A DNA stretch of 63,922 nt, the filler included, from Ionaspis alba (Eukaryota), in assembly GCA_964255285.1 (NCBI GenBank). It is 3 parts of 3 records of this genome, joined end to end, with 100 filler letters (N's around TTAATTAATTAA, not from the genome) between each part and the next. Parts side by side here need not be neighbours in the genome. Positions count along the whole stretch, not along the records: positions 1 to 22,179 come from CAXUUL010000212.1; positions 22,280 to 44,454 come from CAXUUL010000213.1; 1 more part is not named here. One strand, given 5' to 3'. Within the stretch, counting starts at the first letter, position 1. Each line of letters begins with the position of its first letter. Shown piece after piece: positions 13,256 through 26,155 of this stretch. Position numbers and translations under genes: made by a program. The notes beneath the pieces are model-generated. The model did not search any database, was not told where the DNA came from, and saw only the letters and a list, made by a program, of their open reading frames with translations.

Positions 13256-15896
13256 ATGAGCCAATACTTCGACTTCCCCCAAGACCTGCAAGGCGCTCAA
13301 AGAATTAACAATCATAACAACAATAACAACAGCAGCGGTCAAAATCCGCAGCCTCCAATATTTGATCACGGTCATGAGCTCGCTCCATCTCAGTTCCTTC
13401 CCAACGTCAACTTCCAGCAATCATTTAGTCCGGACCAAGAAACCAGTGTGTCGGGTCCAAAGCCTGCTGGTGCACACGCACGAAGGAGACTCCCATCCGG
13501 AAGTGATCATGTCAAGCATCGTCGGACTCGAAGTGGCTGCTATACATGCCGAAGCCGAAGGGTGAAGGTTAGGACTCCACCACATCCTAAGAGCCATTAG
13601 TTCACAGCTTACATGCGTGGTGTATCAGTGTGATGAGAGTCGTCCTATCTGTGAGCGTATGGGCTCCAACGCCAGCACGTAAAGTATTATCAGCTGACCA
13701 ACGTCCAATATACAGGATGCAAGAAAGGATCCCGTGAATGTGTGTATCCGGAGCCTACTTCTGCGGCCACATCAACATCGAGTTCCAAATTAAATCAGGC
13801 GCAAAAGGCTTCGCAAGGTAGCGACGAGTCATCTTCCGGCGAATCCGAAGATGAATCGACAGAGGCATCACCCGTCCTCGGGAGAGCTCCGTCTGCTCAA
13901 TCGGACGACTCGAAGTCTCAGAGTACTAGTACCTCGGGTCCTACCAATCGAGGAACTGCAAAGAGACAGAGTCGGCAATCGCTGAATCAAGCTCGTGCTG
14001 TACCTAATCTATCTAGTCATACCGAAGAGAAGAGCATGTCACCATCCACTACGGACGACTCTAGCATACCTTCCACGTCCCGGTCTGCTTCCGTATCATT
14101 CAATCAACCTGGTACACACTCATCGGTCTCGACGAACACATCGCAGGGGCCCTCTCGTTGGTCACATCTTTCAGCTGACAAACAGTTCTATCTCAATTTC
14201 CACCAGAACTACATAAATTACCATCACTACTTCTTCAAGCACGATGCTTCGCACTTCACACATTCGTTATTACTAGATGCTGCATTAGAATACCGACCTC
14301 TTCTCTACGCCGTCGTTGGCTTTGCTGCATATCAGGTGACGGTGAGAAAGCGGAACGGCAAGATAGAAGATTTTCTACCTTACTACCACAACTCCGTTTC
14401 TGCGCTACGAAAATCCCTATCTGCTAGCCAGAAGCACACGGATCATACCATCTTGACCATTCTGCAATTAGCTGCGATCGAGGTACAGAATGACCCAGTT
14501 TGCTCCACTTGTACTTCGAAGCTCAACAGACAATAGGAGTACTTAGGGGACTGGGTCAACTTGCTCGAACATCAGAGAGGTGCCTACGAAATGCTGCTCG
14601 AGCTGTACACTCCGCAAACCATCATGCAAACGGAGACCTCACGCAAGATTCTGGCCTGGTACTCCCGATTCGATCTATTTGCTGGTCTCATGGGTGGAAA
14701 CGAAATGATCCTTGGCCGGGAATGGTTTCTCGCCTGTGAAGAATACCACACGAACATGGCTCTGCAGTATCCCGACAATCTAGAATACAGCCTCGGCAGC
14801 TACATCGCCGGTTCACGGGTCCTGGCAATGGATATGGCTCAGCTGTTTGCTCAATTACCCAAAGGAGCCATCTCGATGGAAGACTTCCGGGTCGAAAACG
14901 AAACCATCAGTCAGAGAATACGGAATCGCAAACAGAGACTGGATCCCTTTCTAGCGCAAAAGCAACTCTTGGTCATGTCCTTCGAAGGAGCTCCACCAAG
15001 AGATCCAGACAGTATCGTCGATCCCTACCAACCGGGACTGCTGTATCGAGGACCGTTGTGGCCAGTGAACTACATGGTTATCGATTGGCTTGCTATAGAT
15101 GCTATGCACAGGAATCAAACGGCGATGATTTTCCAACAGCCTCAACCAGCGGACGTGACACACCTCGCCATGAAACAGTGCCAGCTTTTCGAAGCTATCG
15201 AAATGTGGCCCGGGAGTCCGGCCGGCGCCATCTTACCCGCTCAAGCCAGCTTAAGTCTCGTGTGTCTCTTTCTCCCCAAGGACGAGAAGCACACGATGTG
15301 GTGTCGACGGAAACTGGCCAAGATCGAAAGTCTAGGGTGAGTGTTTTACCACCAGATCACTCCCCGGCCTCAATCGGCCCTCACTTCGCTCCTGAGACAG
15401 CAGACGAGCTGACACATCCTCAAGCTACATCTTCCCCCCGACCTTCCGCGCCGGCCTCATCACCCACTGGGACAAACCCGACCTCCACACCTGGTGGCTC
15501 CCCGACTCTCAAACCCTCCCTCCCATCATCCGTTCCATCCGCGCCTTCATCGGCGAACGTACACAAAAGCCCCGCGACCACACCGGCGAGGAAGTCCGCA
15601 GTATGAAAGGCCTTTTCTCGACGATCAATCTCAACGAGTCGCCCAAGGATAGTCCCGAGAGTAGTGGCAGCGTGGGCGGGGAGGTGCCGATGATGATTGA
15701 TGGGAAGGTTATGGGGGCGTTTGAGGAGGGCGGGTTTGTAGGCGCGGGATGGCAGCAGGATTTTAATACGCTGGGGTTGAATGTGCAGGGCGGTGGGCAG
15801 GTTATGGTTGATCATGTGCCGGGGTGGGGGTCAGGGCACGATGTGGAGAGGGAGAATGTTGGGCATGGAGCGCCGCCATGGGGCTTTGGACGTTAA
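13256..15896 (+). CDS. Zn(II)2Cys6 fungal transcription factor (about 5 exons)
   Basis: Spliced N-terminus RTRSGCYTCRSRRVK/CDESRPICE/RCKKGSRECVYPE forms a C6 zinc cluster, followed by a fungal-specific TF domain (LLYAVVGFAAY...ILTILQLAAIE/EYLGDWVNLLEHQRGA). Confidence 0.92.
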
Positions 15897-16113
15897 GGCG
15901 GTGGGGAGTTATGCCACCATCGACCTTTCACGGCATAAGCTCATTCTTCTCCGGGAACCGGCCTTGGGTGTGTTTCGAGCTATTGGATGGAGTGTTCGGC
16001 TGGATGGTCCTCCNNNNNNNNNNNNNNNNNNNNNNNNNNNNNNNNNNNNNNNNNNNNNNNNNNNNNNNNNNNNNNNNNNNNNNNNNNNNNNNNNNNNNNN
16101 NNNNNNNNNNNNN

Positions 16114-17666
16114 GGAGCAGACACGCCTCCTGCCGAGACGCTCAGCCCCGTCGCCTCAGACGACGCAATACTCTCCTCCCTATTAACCTTCCTCGCCACG
16201 CCCTTCTTCGGCGGTCTGCCGCCCTTATTCTTCTCCTCCTTCTCGTTCCCATCCCACTCCTCAACGGCCTGCAGATCCCAGAAATAAACCTTACTCTTGT
16301 CATTGCCGATGGCTAGCAAGGGGTGCTGATTTGGAGCGTTGTGCAGGGCGAAGCGCATGAAGAAGGGTGTTGTTTCCGGGCAGGAGAATTGCAAAAGGCG
16401 GTGGTAGGTTCCGCCGAAGGAGGAACGGGTGGGGGCGAATTCGTGGGTTGTGGGTGCGAGGGAGGGGTCGGGTGGGGGATTGGCGGAAGAGAAGTTTTCG
16501 ATGCGCCAGAGGAGGATGGTGGATTCGTTGGCGCATTTGGAGAGGATGAGGTCGGTGTGGAATTGGATGCTGTTGGTGGGAAGGGTTGGATTAGTCGGAA
16601 GAGAGGGATTGAGAGGCGAAGGGTCGGTGAGAGACACGTACCAGTCTACGACGTCCGTGTGAACGGCACTGGTGGAAAAGTGCGGGTAATGGATTATGGT
16701 TGGTTTGTCCGTGCCTGTTGCTTCGTTGGGTAGTGATGGTAAAGTCCAGAGATTGATGACACAATCCAAGCCGCCCGTCAAAAGGTATCTTCCAGTGTCG
16801 TGGAAGGACTATGGAAATTGGTGTTAGCAGGATTGTTGAGTTTGGATATCCGGAGTGAGGCTGGGACTTACCAAAGTTAGAAGGCCTTCTTTGTGACCCT
16901 CTCCACCGCATATTAACATGCATGGTTGCTTCTGATGAGCAGGATCAAGGCTCCAGATTCGGACAGTATAGTCGTTAGAGGCAGATGCTAGGATGGTAGG
17001 AGATGATGGAGAAATAGCGAGATCGTTGATATACTATTACTTGAATTAGCTGGATAAACTTATGATAGTACTATCAGAACAGAAAGATATACTTTACCAT
17101 GGCCTGTCAAGGTCTAAGATGTCAGTGAGACATCTACAATTGGTCCGATTGCGATTCTCCTACTTTGACTAATTGGCCAGTCTTGACATTGAAGATTTTG
17201 ATAAGGGCAGCGGCCTGGCCGGTCACGCATAACAATGGATCTCCAGTGGTTGGATCTCGAGACCATATACAACTGTTGAGGTTGATATCTGGCTACCACA
17301 TATCAGCCCTTTGTCGTTGGGCAACCAGGTACGAAGTCTGTTACATCATCGTCGCGGAACCAGCGTAAAACCTCAATGGCATTGTCACTCCCTTTCAAAG
17401 GCCTGCAGACGATTGTCTTGGTTCAATCGATCAGAGCTGATGGAGAACATCAATGGATAATGCCTAACCTCGGCCATGCCAACAACAGCAAAGACTGGAT
17501 CTACACCTGCTGAAGTATATGGATAGAACTTGCAATCGAAAAATGAAGTATTCTCGATCTTCTTTTCCATAGACTGAATTCATCGTTAGCATGATCTAGT
17601 AAGACATCGATCATCCGTTCTCACATTCAGCCTGGCAAACGCCCTTAGGCTGGGAAAGTGAGAGTC
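16114..17666 (-). CDS. EED: WD40 Polycomb repressive complex 2 subunit EED/Esc homolog; both ends fall in or beyond N gaps
   Basis: Exon pieces FFDCKFYPY..DPVFAVVG, INDLAISP..PTILASASNDYTVRIWSL, GGEGHKEGLL, IHYPHFSTSAVHTDVVD, LILSK, FFMRF, LAIGNDKSKVYFWDL are typical of fungal EED. Confidence 0.85.
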
Positions 17667-20161
17667 NNNNNNNNNNNNNNNNNNNNNNNNNNNNNNNNNN
17701 NNNNNNNNNNNNNNNNNNNNNNNNNNNNNNNNNNNNNNNNNNNNNNNNNNNNNNNNNNNNNNNNNNAGTATCCTGCTCAGCTGAGAATCAACATTGACTC
17801 GGTGATACATGTACGTGTGCTTTGTGGCACTGTGTTTCTGCAATCTTCATGTGCTGGCGTTGTGCTCGTTTGTGATGGACTGCTTCCGAGCAGTAGCATG
17901 TTGCAGCAGGGCTGACGAGTCTCGGTAATTCTCGATCTCATTAATCATGGTCCATTTCTTCTATCTCATGCCTGCCGAGGTGACATCTTTTTTGTGCCCA
18001 ACTCTATGTAGATTCCAATCAGGTCACGGTTCAAGCCATTGACGTTGAGAGAAACTTCCGACGTGTGCGCTTCAAGAAAGTCAAAGGCCAGAGGGCTATT
18101 CTACAGAAGTGCTTCATTCGGTCCTTCTTGCTCTCATACTTACCAACTTCCTTCCTTGCTTGTTACTGGTTCCTGTTTTCATTATTCTGTCTCACACGCG
18201 ACTGTGTGATTTCAAGTCAGGCTTGCATGAGGAGGCAAAGTCAGCACAGTAGCAAACAGGACCCTGCCTGCGGTTGCCGTCGCTAGCATGTTGTCTGGAC
18301 TTTGCCCAATGATCTACCACAAATGATTGAAGGCCGCGAATCTTCCCTTCATTCAGAGATAGTGAGAGGGGCGTGCAAGAAGCCAAAACTTGTCCTGGCT
18401 TTGTTTCTGGTGCGACCGACAATTCTTACCCTTTTCCTCCAACACTCCATCTCTTCGCAAATAAGATGCACATTCTGTAAGGTCTTAGTAAGTCAATAGA
18501 AAGGACGATCGTCGATTGAAGCCCTCGGGAGGCTGCCATTGGAGGCGTAGGAGGACAGAATCTTCCCACGGAATCCCCCGTTGCGTCAGTCCGAAGCCCT
18601 TGCCGGCTGCACCCCTACGCGTCCCCATGCCCCCTGTATCTCCCTGGGGCTGCAGCCAAGGGGAAGAAAGGACGAATTACGAAAGCCCAGGCTCATCTTC
18701 AATTCCCCAACCACAACCTCCACCATACAATAATAATACAATACCAGTACCACCTCCCCCAGCGACCCACAACCACCGAACTTCCTTCAGCCTTTTCCCC
18801 GGCGGCGAAGAGCCCCAATCCTCCTCCTAGTCCACAGTTGCCTTTCGAAGCCCTCCACACCACCAGGGCTCCCTGTCATTCACACTAATCTTCCATCCTG
18901 CTCCTCCTCGTTAGTTTACGCGCATTATTTGCCCTTTAATCCCATAATATACTACTGTTTCTCACCATCGTCTCCGGTCATACAAGTCCAGGTGGCGAAT
19001 TTCCCAAAGAAGAAAGATAGAGAAATGTGATTGATAACCTGACGGCTACTTGCGACTCCACACATCCCCCGCCATTTGCCCCCCGGTCCGTCGTTGTTGC
19101 TCTTTGCCGCAACTTCTCCAGAAACCGTCGGTCCATAGCGAATGCCTTCATCCGCGGTCTAATTTCGAACTCGACGACCGTTAGACTTCCGCCTGCAAGG
19201 TTCTTTCTGGTCAACCTGCCACGCCAATCCTGTAGCTAACGGTCTCACCTCGCAGGAGACTGGTCACTCTCGTGCAGCATCTCCCGTGCCGACGTGAAAA
19301 GTCAATGCAGCCGGAGCCGTCTCGTTACTCTTCGCTTTATACGCACACGTCCTCGACCTACCACACTTCCTCAAGGGTCCCAGCGCCCATTGGTCTCCAG
19401 GCACAGACCCCATCTAGCGACAACTTTCCTTTACTCCAACTCCCATACCCGAAGCCCCTCTGAGCAGGTGAAGGAAGGAGACGTTTTTGGAAGTCGCCGC
19501 AAGGGTTTTTTTGAGAAAACTGATCACGTTCGTGTGGAGTTTCTTCGACGGTGCAGAAGAGTTGCAGCTGAAGGGATCCCTGGGCCTCGAAAGGTACAAA
19601 TATTTATTCACTCCTTGCTGCTCGCCTGTATTTGTCCAGCCAATGAAACCTGGAGCTTCCAAGGAAAGGGTGCTAATGCTCTATGGTGAATAACAGTGTA
19701 ATCGAAGGCGGACACACCGTATGAGACTCACCCCACTCTTGATTCACACAACTTGTTGCTCCGATCATTCTATATCCTCGGCTCCCGCCGCGACTTCCGA
19801 ACCCACCGAAAGACCACAAGCCCTTGAATACTGAGACTAACTACGGGGTCCGAAAAGCTTGGGAGAAAACAAGGAAACGCGCACCAGGTTGACGGACAGT
19901 GCAATAGGCAAGTTGCCGCTGTCAGGTCATCACCCGCTCTGCAAGTCGCCACGCGCCTCGAGTTACACAACAGCACACAACGGGACGTGGTCATCCATCC
20001 AGTCGGCCCCTTCCGCGCTTGTGGCACCTTCGCATGTNNNNNNNNNNNNNNNNNNNNNNNNNNNNNNNNNNNNNNNNNNNNNNNNNNNNNNNNNNNNNNN
20101 NNNNNNNNNNNNNNNNNNNNNNNNNNNNNNNNNNNNNTCATGCACTAACACTCGAATCCAG

Positions 20162-21922
20162 ACTTGTCGTTGGACGCACGATTACTCTACGTCTCAAAAT
20201 CAATTGTCGATATACTCGGTTATAGCCCCGAAGAGGTTGTTGGGAAATCATGCTGGGAATACTTCCATCCAGACGAGATACCATTTGCTCGAAACATACA
20301 TGGCCGTGGTGTCCAACTCGACCGTGCAGCAGTGCTCAAATACTGTCAGATCAAGAACAAATGGGGCCAATGGATTGGCTGTGAATGCGTTTTTACCATT
20401 GTCTACGATGTTTTGGTGGCAAGCACGAGTATCTACAAACGAGGATTGAAAAGCCAACGTAGGATTTGCTCCTGCTTGATTCCTAATTCATCGCACTAAC
20501 TTGATTGCAGAACGAGCGATGGAAGCTCCCAAAATACGACAGATCTTCTCGTCATCACCATTGGATCCGAGATATCACATGCTGTCCTACATTTCTACTA
20601 AATTCTCCTCGGAACCTAACCCTCATTTTCACGAACCACGGGCAGCACTTTTTCTCAATCGTTTTACAAGAACATCAACAATCATGTTTGCCACCGATGG
20701 CTTATCAAAGCTACTGGGAATATCAGCCGACGAGCTCAACGGCAAATCCTTTTACTACTGCATCCAAGAAACGTGCTTGCACGATGCAGTGAGGTGTTTG
20801 GAGAGCGCCAAAGCCAACGACTCCATAGCCTATCTACGATTCATGTTCCGGGATCCTCGGCAAGACGACACGACGGATCACGACGAAACCATGTCGGACA
20901 CTCACAGCAGCGATCAAGACGACGAAGACGGAGGCGTCCATCTCGACAGCCACATGGACATGGACGCCAGCGACCACGCCATCACCAGCGACTCCTCGGT
21001 CCCGCGATCCGGAAGCGGGAGCATGCAAGGCGTCCAGCACGGCGAAGATCGCGCATCGATGGATCCGGCCAGTCGCTCATCATCCGGTAACAGTACGGAT
21101 CTTGATCATCATGGCGCAGACGCGATCTTTGACCAACCTCCCACAGCACACTCCTCCACCTCCTCGCTGCCCTCCTCCCTCGCAGCCGAGGAACGCAGAA
21201 ACTCCCGCCAGCGCCGCACATTCGTCCCCGCCCCTCCCATCGAACTGGAAGCCGTCGTCTCCTGCACTTCCGACGGCCTGGTCGTCATTCTCCGCGGCGC
21301 TCGTCCCAGCGTCCCGAACGCTTCGTTGCGCACTCCTCACCGCGTCGCCGAGCCTACGTACACCCACGGCCTCTTCGCTTCCCCATGGGCTACCCAACCC
21401 ATTCTCCCGGATATGTCCTACCCGGCTTTCTCCCCCAAAGCAACCGCCAATCCTTATCAACCGACTCCCGTCCCCGTCCGAGTACCTACTTCTCCTCCTT
21501 CCAGTCTCCCCCCCTGCGATTTCATGCAAGCTATCCGCGACGTCGCTGTCTTCGCCTGGTCCCTCACTGGCATCAACGGCTCCCTGGCTCGGTACGGCCA
21601 GGGTGTTCCGACGGGCGAGTCGCAACCGCCGAATGGACTTCCGGTTTGGGATCCGAATTACAAGGGCGATCAGGGTGGTGGACAGCGAAGGAATGGGTTT
21701 GAACCGTATCAGCAGCACCAGCGGCAGAGGAGGGAGGACCAGTATTGGGGTAGTGATCCCTCGCCACCTGGGCCGGATCATTGGGAACGAGCGCAGCAGA
21801 TGAAGACTTGGCAAGGAGGAGGAGGTGCTGGTGGAGGAGGGTTGAGGCCAGTGGGTGTGGGGAATGGGAGTGGGGATGAGGGACGGCAGAGGGAGGAGTG
21901 GGCAAGGGGTGGGAGAGGGTAA
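20162..21922 (+). CDS. Fungal PAS-domain protein (two PAS-like regions); first exon probably lies in the gap at 20038-20137
   Basis: LSLDARLLYVSKSIVDILGYSPEEVVGKSCWEYFHPDE is a PAS fold; second PAS-like region TIMFATDGLSKLLGISADELNGKSFYYCI; intron at about 20459-20510. Confidence 0.85.
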
Positions 21923-22179
21923 ACGCAAACTCGGTACGGAGCGATCAGATTCCTCACTAGTTTTGCTTGGGGAACTGGAGTCGTCTTCAGATCTGGGCTA
22001 CGAGCAGATGCGATTGTCATTGTTATGTTCTCTCTCCCTTTCTTCATTATATCCTTGCATGCAGCGACACTTTTTCACGACCGGAATGATTGGGTGTGGG
22101 CGGGCTTGCTTGCTTGCTTGCTGGTCTTTACTGGCGTTCGAGTAATGATACAAAGAAAATTGGCTGTTTCTGCTTGTTT

Positions 22180-22279
22180 NNNNNNNNNNNNNNNNNNNNN
22201 NNNNNNNNNNNNNNNNNNNNNNNTTAATTAATTAANNNNNNNNNNNNNNNNNNNNNNNNNNNNNNNNNNNNNNNNNNNN
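22180..22279. other. Artificial contig linker (44 N + TTAATTAATTAA + 44 N); a second copy is at 44455-44554
   Basis: Palindromic six-frame-stop 12-mer centred in an N run; identical at both sites. Confidence 0.95.
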
Positions 22280-25200
22280 CCCCCTTCACCCCCTCCCTAA
22301 CCTCCTGCAACAAACACCAAAGACTAACCTGACTCTCAATAAACTGGCGACTACTCGCCTCAGCATGCATCACCAGACTATAAAGATACCTCAACGGATG
22401 CTGACAATACACCGGATTCTCCAGCACCTCCTGTCTCGGGACCAACACCTCGAACGCGTGCAACCGGTCCGGACTCGGCACTTCCTGCAGCACGGATTGC
22501 AGACTGGGGGCAATATCCCAGAAGGCGGAGATCTGGACCTCGACGCCGTGCGTGACATGGGTGTCGATGATATCGAGGAAGGATTGCCACCGGCCCAAAG
22601 CCGCGGTCTCGTATGCCAGTTTGCGGGCCCGGGCATCCTGCGCGAAGAAAGCGGAGGCGTCGGCGAGCTTTTCGTGGTTGGAAGTCTGGGCGTAGGGGAG
22701 GAGGACGATGTCCTTGTATTTGTCGTTGCGGGCCGAGAGCAAGTTGTAAGAGTCGCGGTGGAGGGATTCGCGCGCTTCGAAGAGCCATTTCAGCTGCGTG
22801 AGTTTCTCGAGGAGTTCGGGCTGGGAGTCGCCTTCGACTTGGGGGAGGTTGGGGGAGTGCGAGTCGGCGTCGCTGGAGAGGCGGCTGCTGAGGGTTTCGA
22901 AGGAGGTGGTGGCGCGGGTGATGAGGGTTGTGTAGAGGGCGTGGAGGGGGGTGACGACGGTGGATTGGAAGAGGTCGAAGGAGGATTGGGTGAGGTCTTT
23001 GGTGGATTGGAAAAGGGTGTTTTCGAGGGTGCTTTCGGCGAGGTCGAATTCTTCTTGGGTGATGCTGTTCGTTTCCATTCGGTATTGCATGTCTTGGTCG
23101 TGGAGGGAGCGTTGGTGCTTGCACCAGGAGTCGGCGCGTTGGCGCTTTTCTTTGATGCTGGCTTCGTAGGCGGAGTGCTTTTCGGCGACTTCGTCGAGGT
23201 CGCTGAGGGAGCGGACGACGCTACGGATGTCGGCTAGTTCGGGGTGGCTGTTGTTGACTGCCGGATGATGGCGAGGGTATGGAGGAGGTAAAGTGACTAG
23301 TCTTGAGATGTCCAGCTTTCTGGGGTCGGGTGTGTAGGGAGCGGATCTAGGTGTCGGAGTGTGACGCTGAGGAGGAGGCGGAGGCAATGAAGCCTCTTCA
23401 TGCCAGCCAGTCTTTTCTGGTGGATACTCATTGGAGCCATACGATGGAGCATGGCTCGTGCTTGCATACCCTTCATAAGAACCGCTGTTTCTTGCAGAGA
23501 TGTCGTTCTCCAGAAGCGCTGGTGAGTCGTGAGGTTCTGCCATGTACTTTGACTCACGTTTTGTCCGTTCGATGACTTTGAAGCCATCTGGTTGATTCGA
23601 GCTGACAGATTGACTCTCCCACCATCGACTTGGTGCTCTGCCTCTCGAGTCCATTTCATCCCTTCCGGTAACAGCGCTCATGCTAGCAATGGGAGAGAGA
23701 CATGGAACATAGTCGTTCCATCTTGAGGTCTCAACCTGACTGTGTCCATCAACTGATGTTATGAGCGTAAGGTTTGGTTCAGAAGTAGCAGTTGTTGAAG
23801 CCCTCCGACTGCGCGACTCAGAGAACGAGGTACCGGAAGAACGTCGACTATACTCTAGACGTTCGTGACTGGGAGTCTGCCTCAGTTGATGTTCAAGCAG
23901 ATTTTCGGATGTTGGTGAAGGTTCGAACATGCCGTCCATCAGATCGGCAACTTGCACATGTTCGTCTTCGAACGTGCTTGCATATCGATCACGACGAATC
24001 CTTGATTCTGCGACAACATATTGGCTGAAAATTTGCAGCCTTTCGGCATCAGTGGCACAGGCAGCTTCTCTAGCCGCAAAATTTCGTGCACGTTCAATGA
24101 AGCGGTAGGCAAATGCTTTTGAAGACTCAGGCCCATCACATTCGATCAGCGAATTGGAACTTTCGGGGCTGAGTGGCATGATGGCAACTTCAGGATTTGG
24201 CGTATGGAGCAGGGAGGATATTGGTCGTATTCCGTCGTTTGGAGGAACACCGAGTGACGAGGATCCACGGCCATCACCATGGGGTTGCAAGGGTGGAGTA
24301 GGAAGCGATTCCGTTGGTAAGAATGTTGATGTACGATTGGGGGAGAGCTGGGATTGAAAGCCGTCTCGACCCGGAGAAAAGGGTGGAGTGGGTGTGAGTC
24401 GTTTCTGAAACTCCTTAGCCAACCCAGGGTCGTGTCTAGGCGTTGATCGTGACGATTCAAAGAGCGGTGCTTGACCTGAGATAGTACTATCGTTGCTGTT
24501 TTGTAGTGCTTCATCAAGCCCACGAAAGTTCTTCGCACTCCTGGGTGTCATTCGCGTTGAGTTTCGTCGTCTGGATAGACTTCCTCCACTGGCGGGTGAC
24601 AGCTTCATCGGGGTATCGTTCTTCTGAGCCTCTGCATCGAATGTGTTTATAGCAAGGTCGGAATTATGATCCTCGAGCGCTCTCGCTTTGCCTGTCCTGC
24701 TTTCACTTCGTCGTTCTCGCAGACCTTTGGCGCTGCGATTCCGTACTGCTGGACTCCGAAGCAGCATACCACTGGCAGATTCCCGACGCAGGTGGGTCAG
24801 GCTCGAGCTCTCGGCATGCGCATCTGAAGCCGGTGTATTGTTTTCAGGAATTTGATGCTGGGAACCACTTTCGGTATCTACACGAAGCCCTTGCGGTGTG
24901 TTTGATCTGCTATGCCATGTTGATGGTTGGTCCTCCTCTCTCCAGTCTGCAGGCGTCGGTGGAATGGCTCCAAGGTTGGTGCCTCGTCCTGGAGGTTGTC
25001 TAATCCTTGGAGCAGCAAGGAATGGATTATTGGTCGTAGAACTGTCACTCGGTCGACATAAAGACTGTGATCGGGTAGACGCTGGCGGTGGACCTGGAGG
25101 TGGTGGAGGTAGTGGCATTCCAGGTTCCCAATATGGTTGGTCAGGAGGATTGTTTGATGGTCTCGCAGATGAAGAAGCATTGACTCCAATCGCTCCCGTA

Positions 25201-26155
25201 GAGGCCGCTCTACGTGAAGCTGGTGGTCGTAATGATGAATCAATCCTAAGTGGTTCCAATGCTTGCGCCGTATGCTGTTGCAGGGTGTCGATCGCACTGG
25301 CAGGGGTTGTGGAGCTATTGGGAGTCCTTCCTTTGAAAGAGATTGCAGACAGTATACGATCGGCATGATTCTTGGACGAGGAGCGAACACGGTTGCCAGG
25401 GGTGGGTGGAGGCGGGAAGGCTGTTGGGCCGACCACTGGGGAGTTTCCTTGATGTATGTTTGAGGGTACTGGAGAACGTCGGTCGCAGGAATATCCTACC
25501 ATGCCTGGAGACATAGTGGTCGCAGCACTTGCAGCGCTGATCGGTGTGTTTCCCGAGGAGTAATCAGTGTCCGGAGACATGGTATCTGATGGTGACGCAA
25601 CAGAATTGGCATTGGGAGGGAAGTCCTCGTTTCGCTGTGGAGAATATGGTGGAGGTGGAGAAGCAACAGGCTCTGGAATATCAAGGTTAGCAGTTTTCCA
25701 ACGAAGAGGGTACTCGAAACTATACCATCTGGTCCTTGGAGGCGGGGTGCAAAGGTCGTAGTCCTAGTAGACGACTGCCGCGAATGAAGAGAAGTAGCTG
25801 TGGACATTGCTCCTATCGAGCTCATACTCTCGTGGCCGGGTCGTCCCCATTGCTGAGGATTGTAAGGTGCCGAAAAGCCAGTGGCACTTCTGAGAGCCAT
25901 TGGAGAGTTTCCCCGCGAAGCACCTCCGGGAGAAGGAGAATACTGAGCCTGTGCAGCAGAGAAAGGACTGCTCAACGAGGTCGTCGAGACCGGCGTATGG
26001 CTGTTCAGTCCATGACCAAGACCGAGATGCTGTGCATTGTTGTTGAGAGACGTCGTCAGAAGGGATGGAGGCTGGCCTGGATGTCCTCGACGTCGCGGAG
26101 ATACCAGCCCTCCTCCGAGTTCCGCGCCAGCGTATGGAGTATATTGAGCACACAT
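22280..26155 (-). CDS. Large hypothetical protein (>1250 aa): Pro/Ser-rich N-terminal half and helical C-terminal domain; C-terminus truncated by a gap
   Basis: 219-aa and 1118-aa ORFs joinable by one intron near 25675-25725; ordered-looking segment LDISRLVTLPPPYPRHHPAVNNSHPEL and QPELLEKLTQLKWLFEARE. Confidence 0.8.

Noticed and set aside
22224..22235. Palindrome TTAATTAATTAA as a biological motif
   Set aside because: Embedded in N runs at two sites; artificial linker.
20773..23237. Many long overlapping antisense or alternate-frame ORFs (e.g. 21080-21928, 22365-23237)
   Set aside because: Shadow ORFs caused by high GC and strand skew within real genes.
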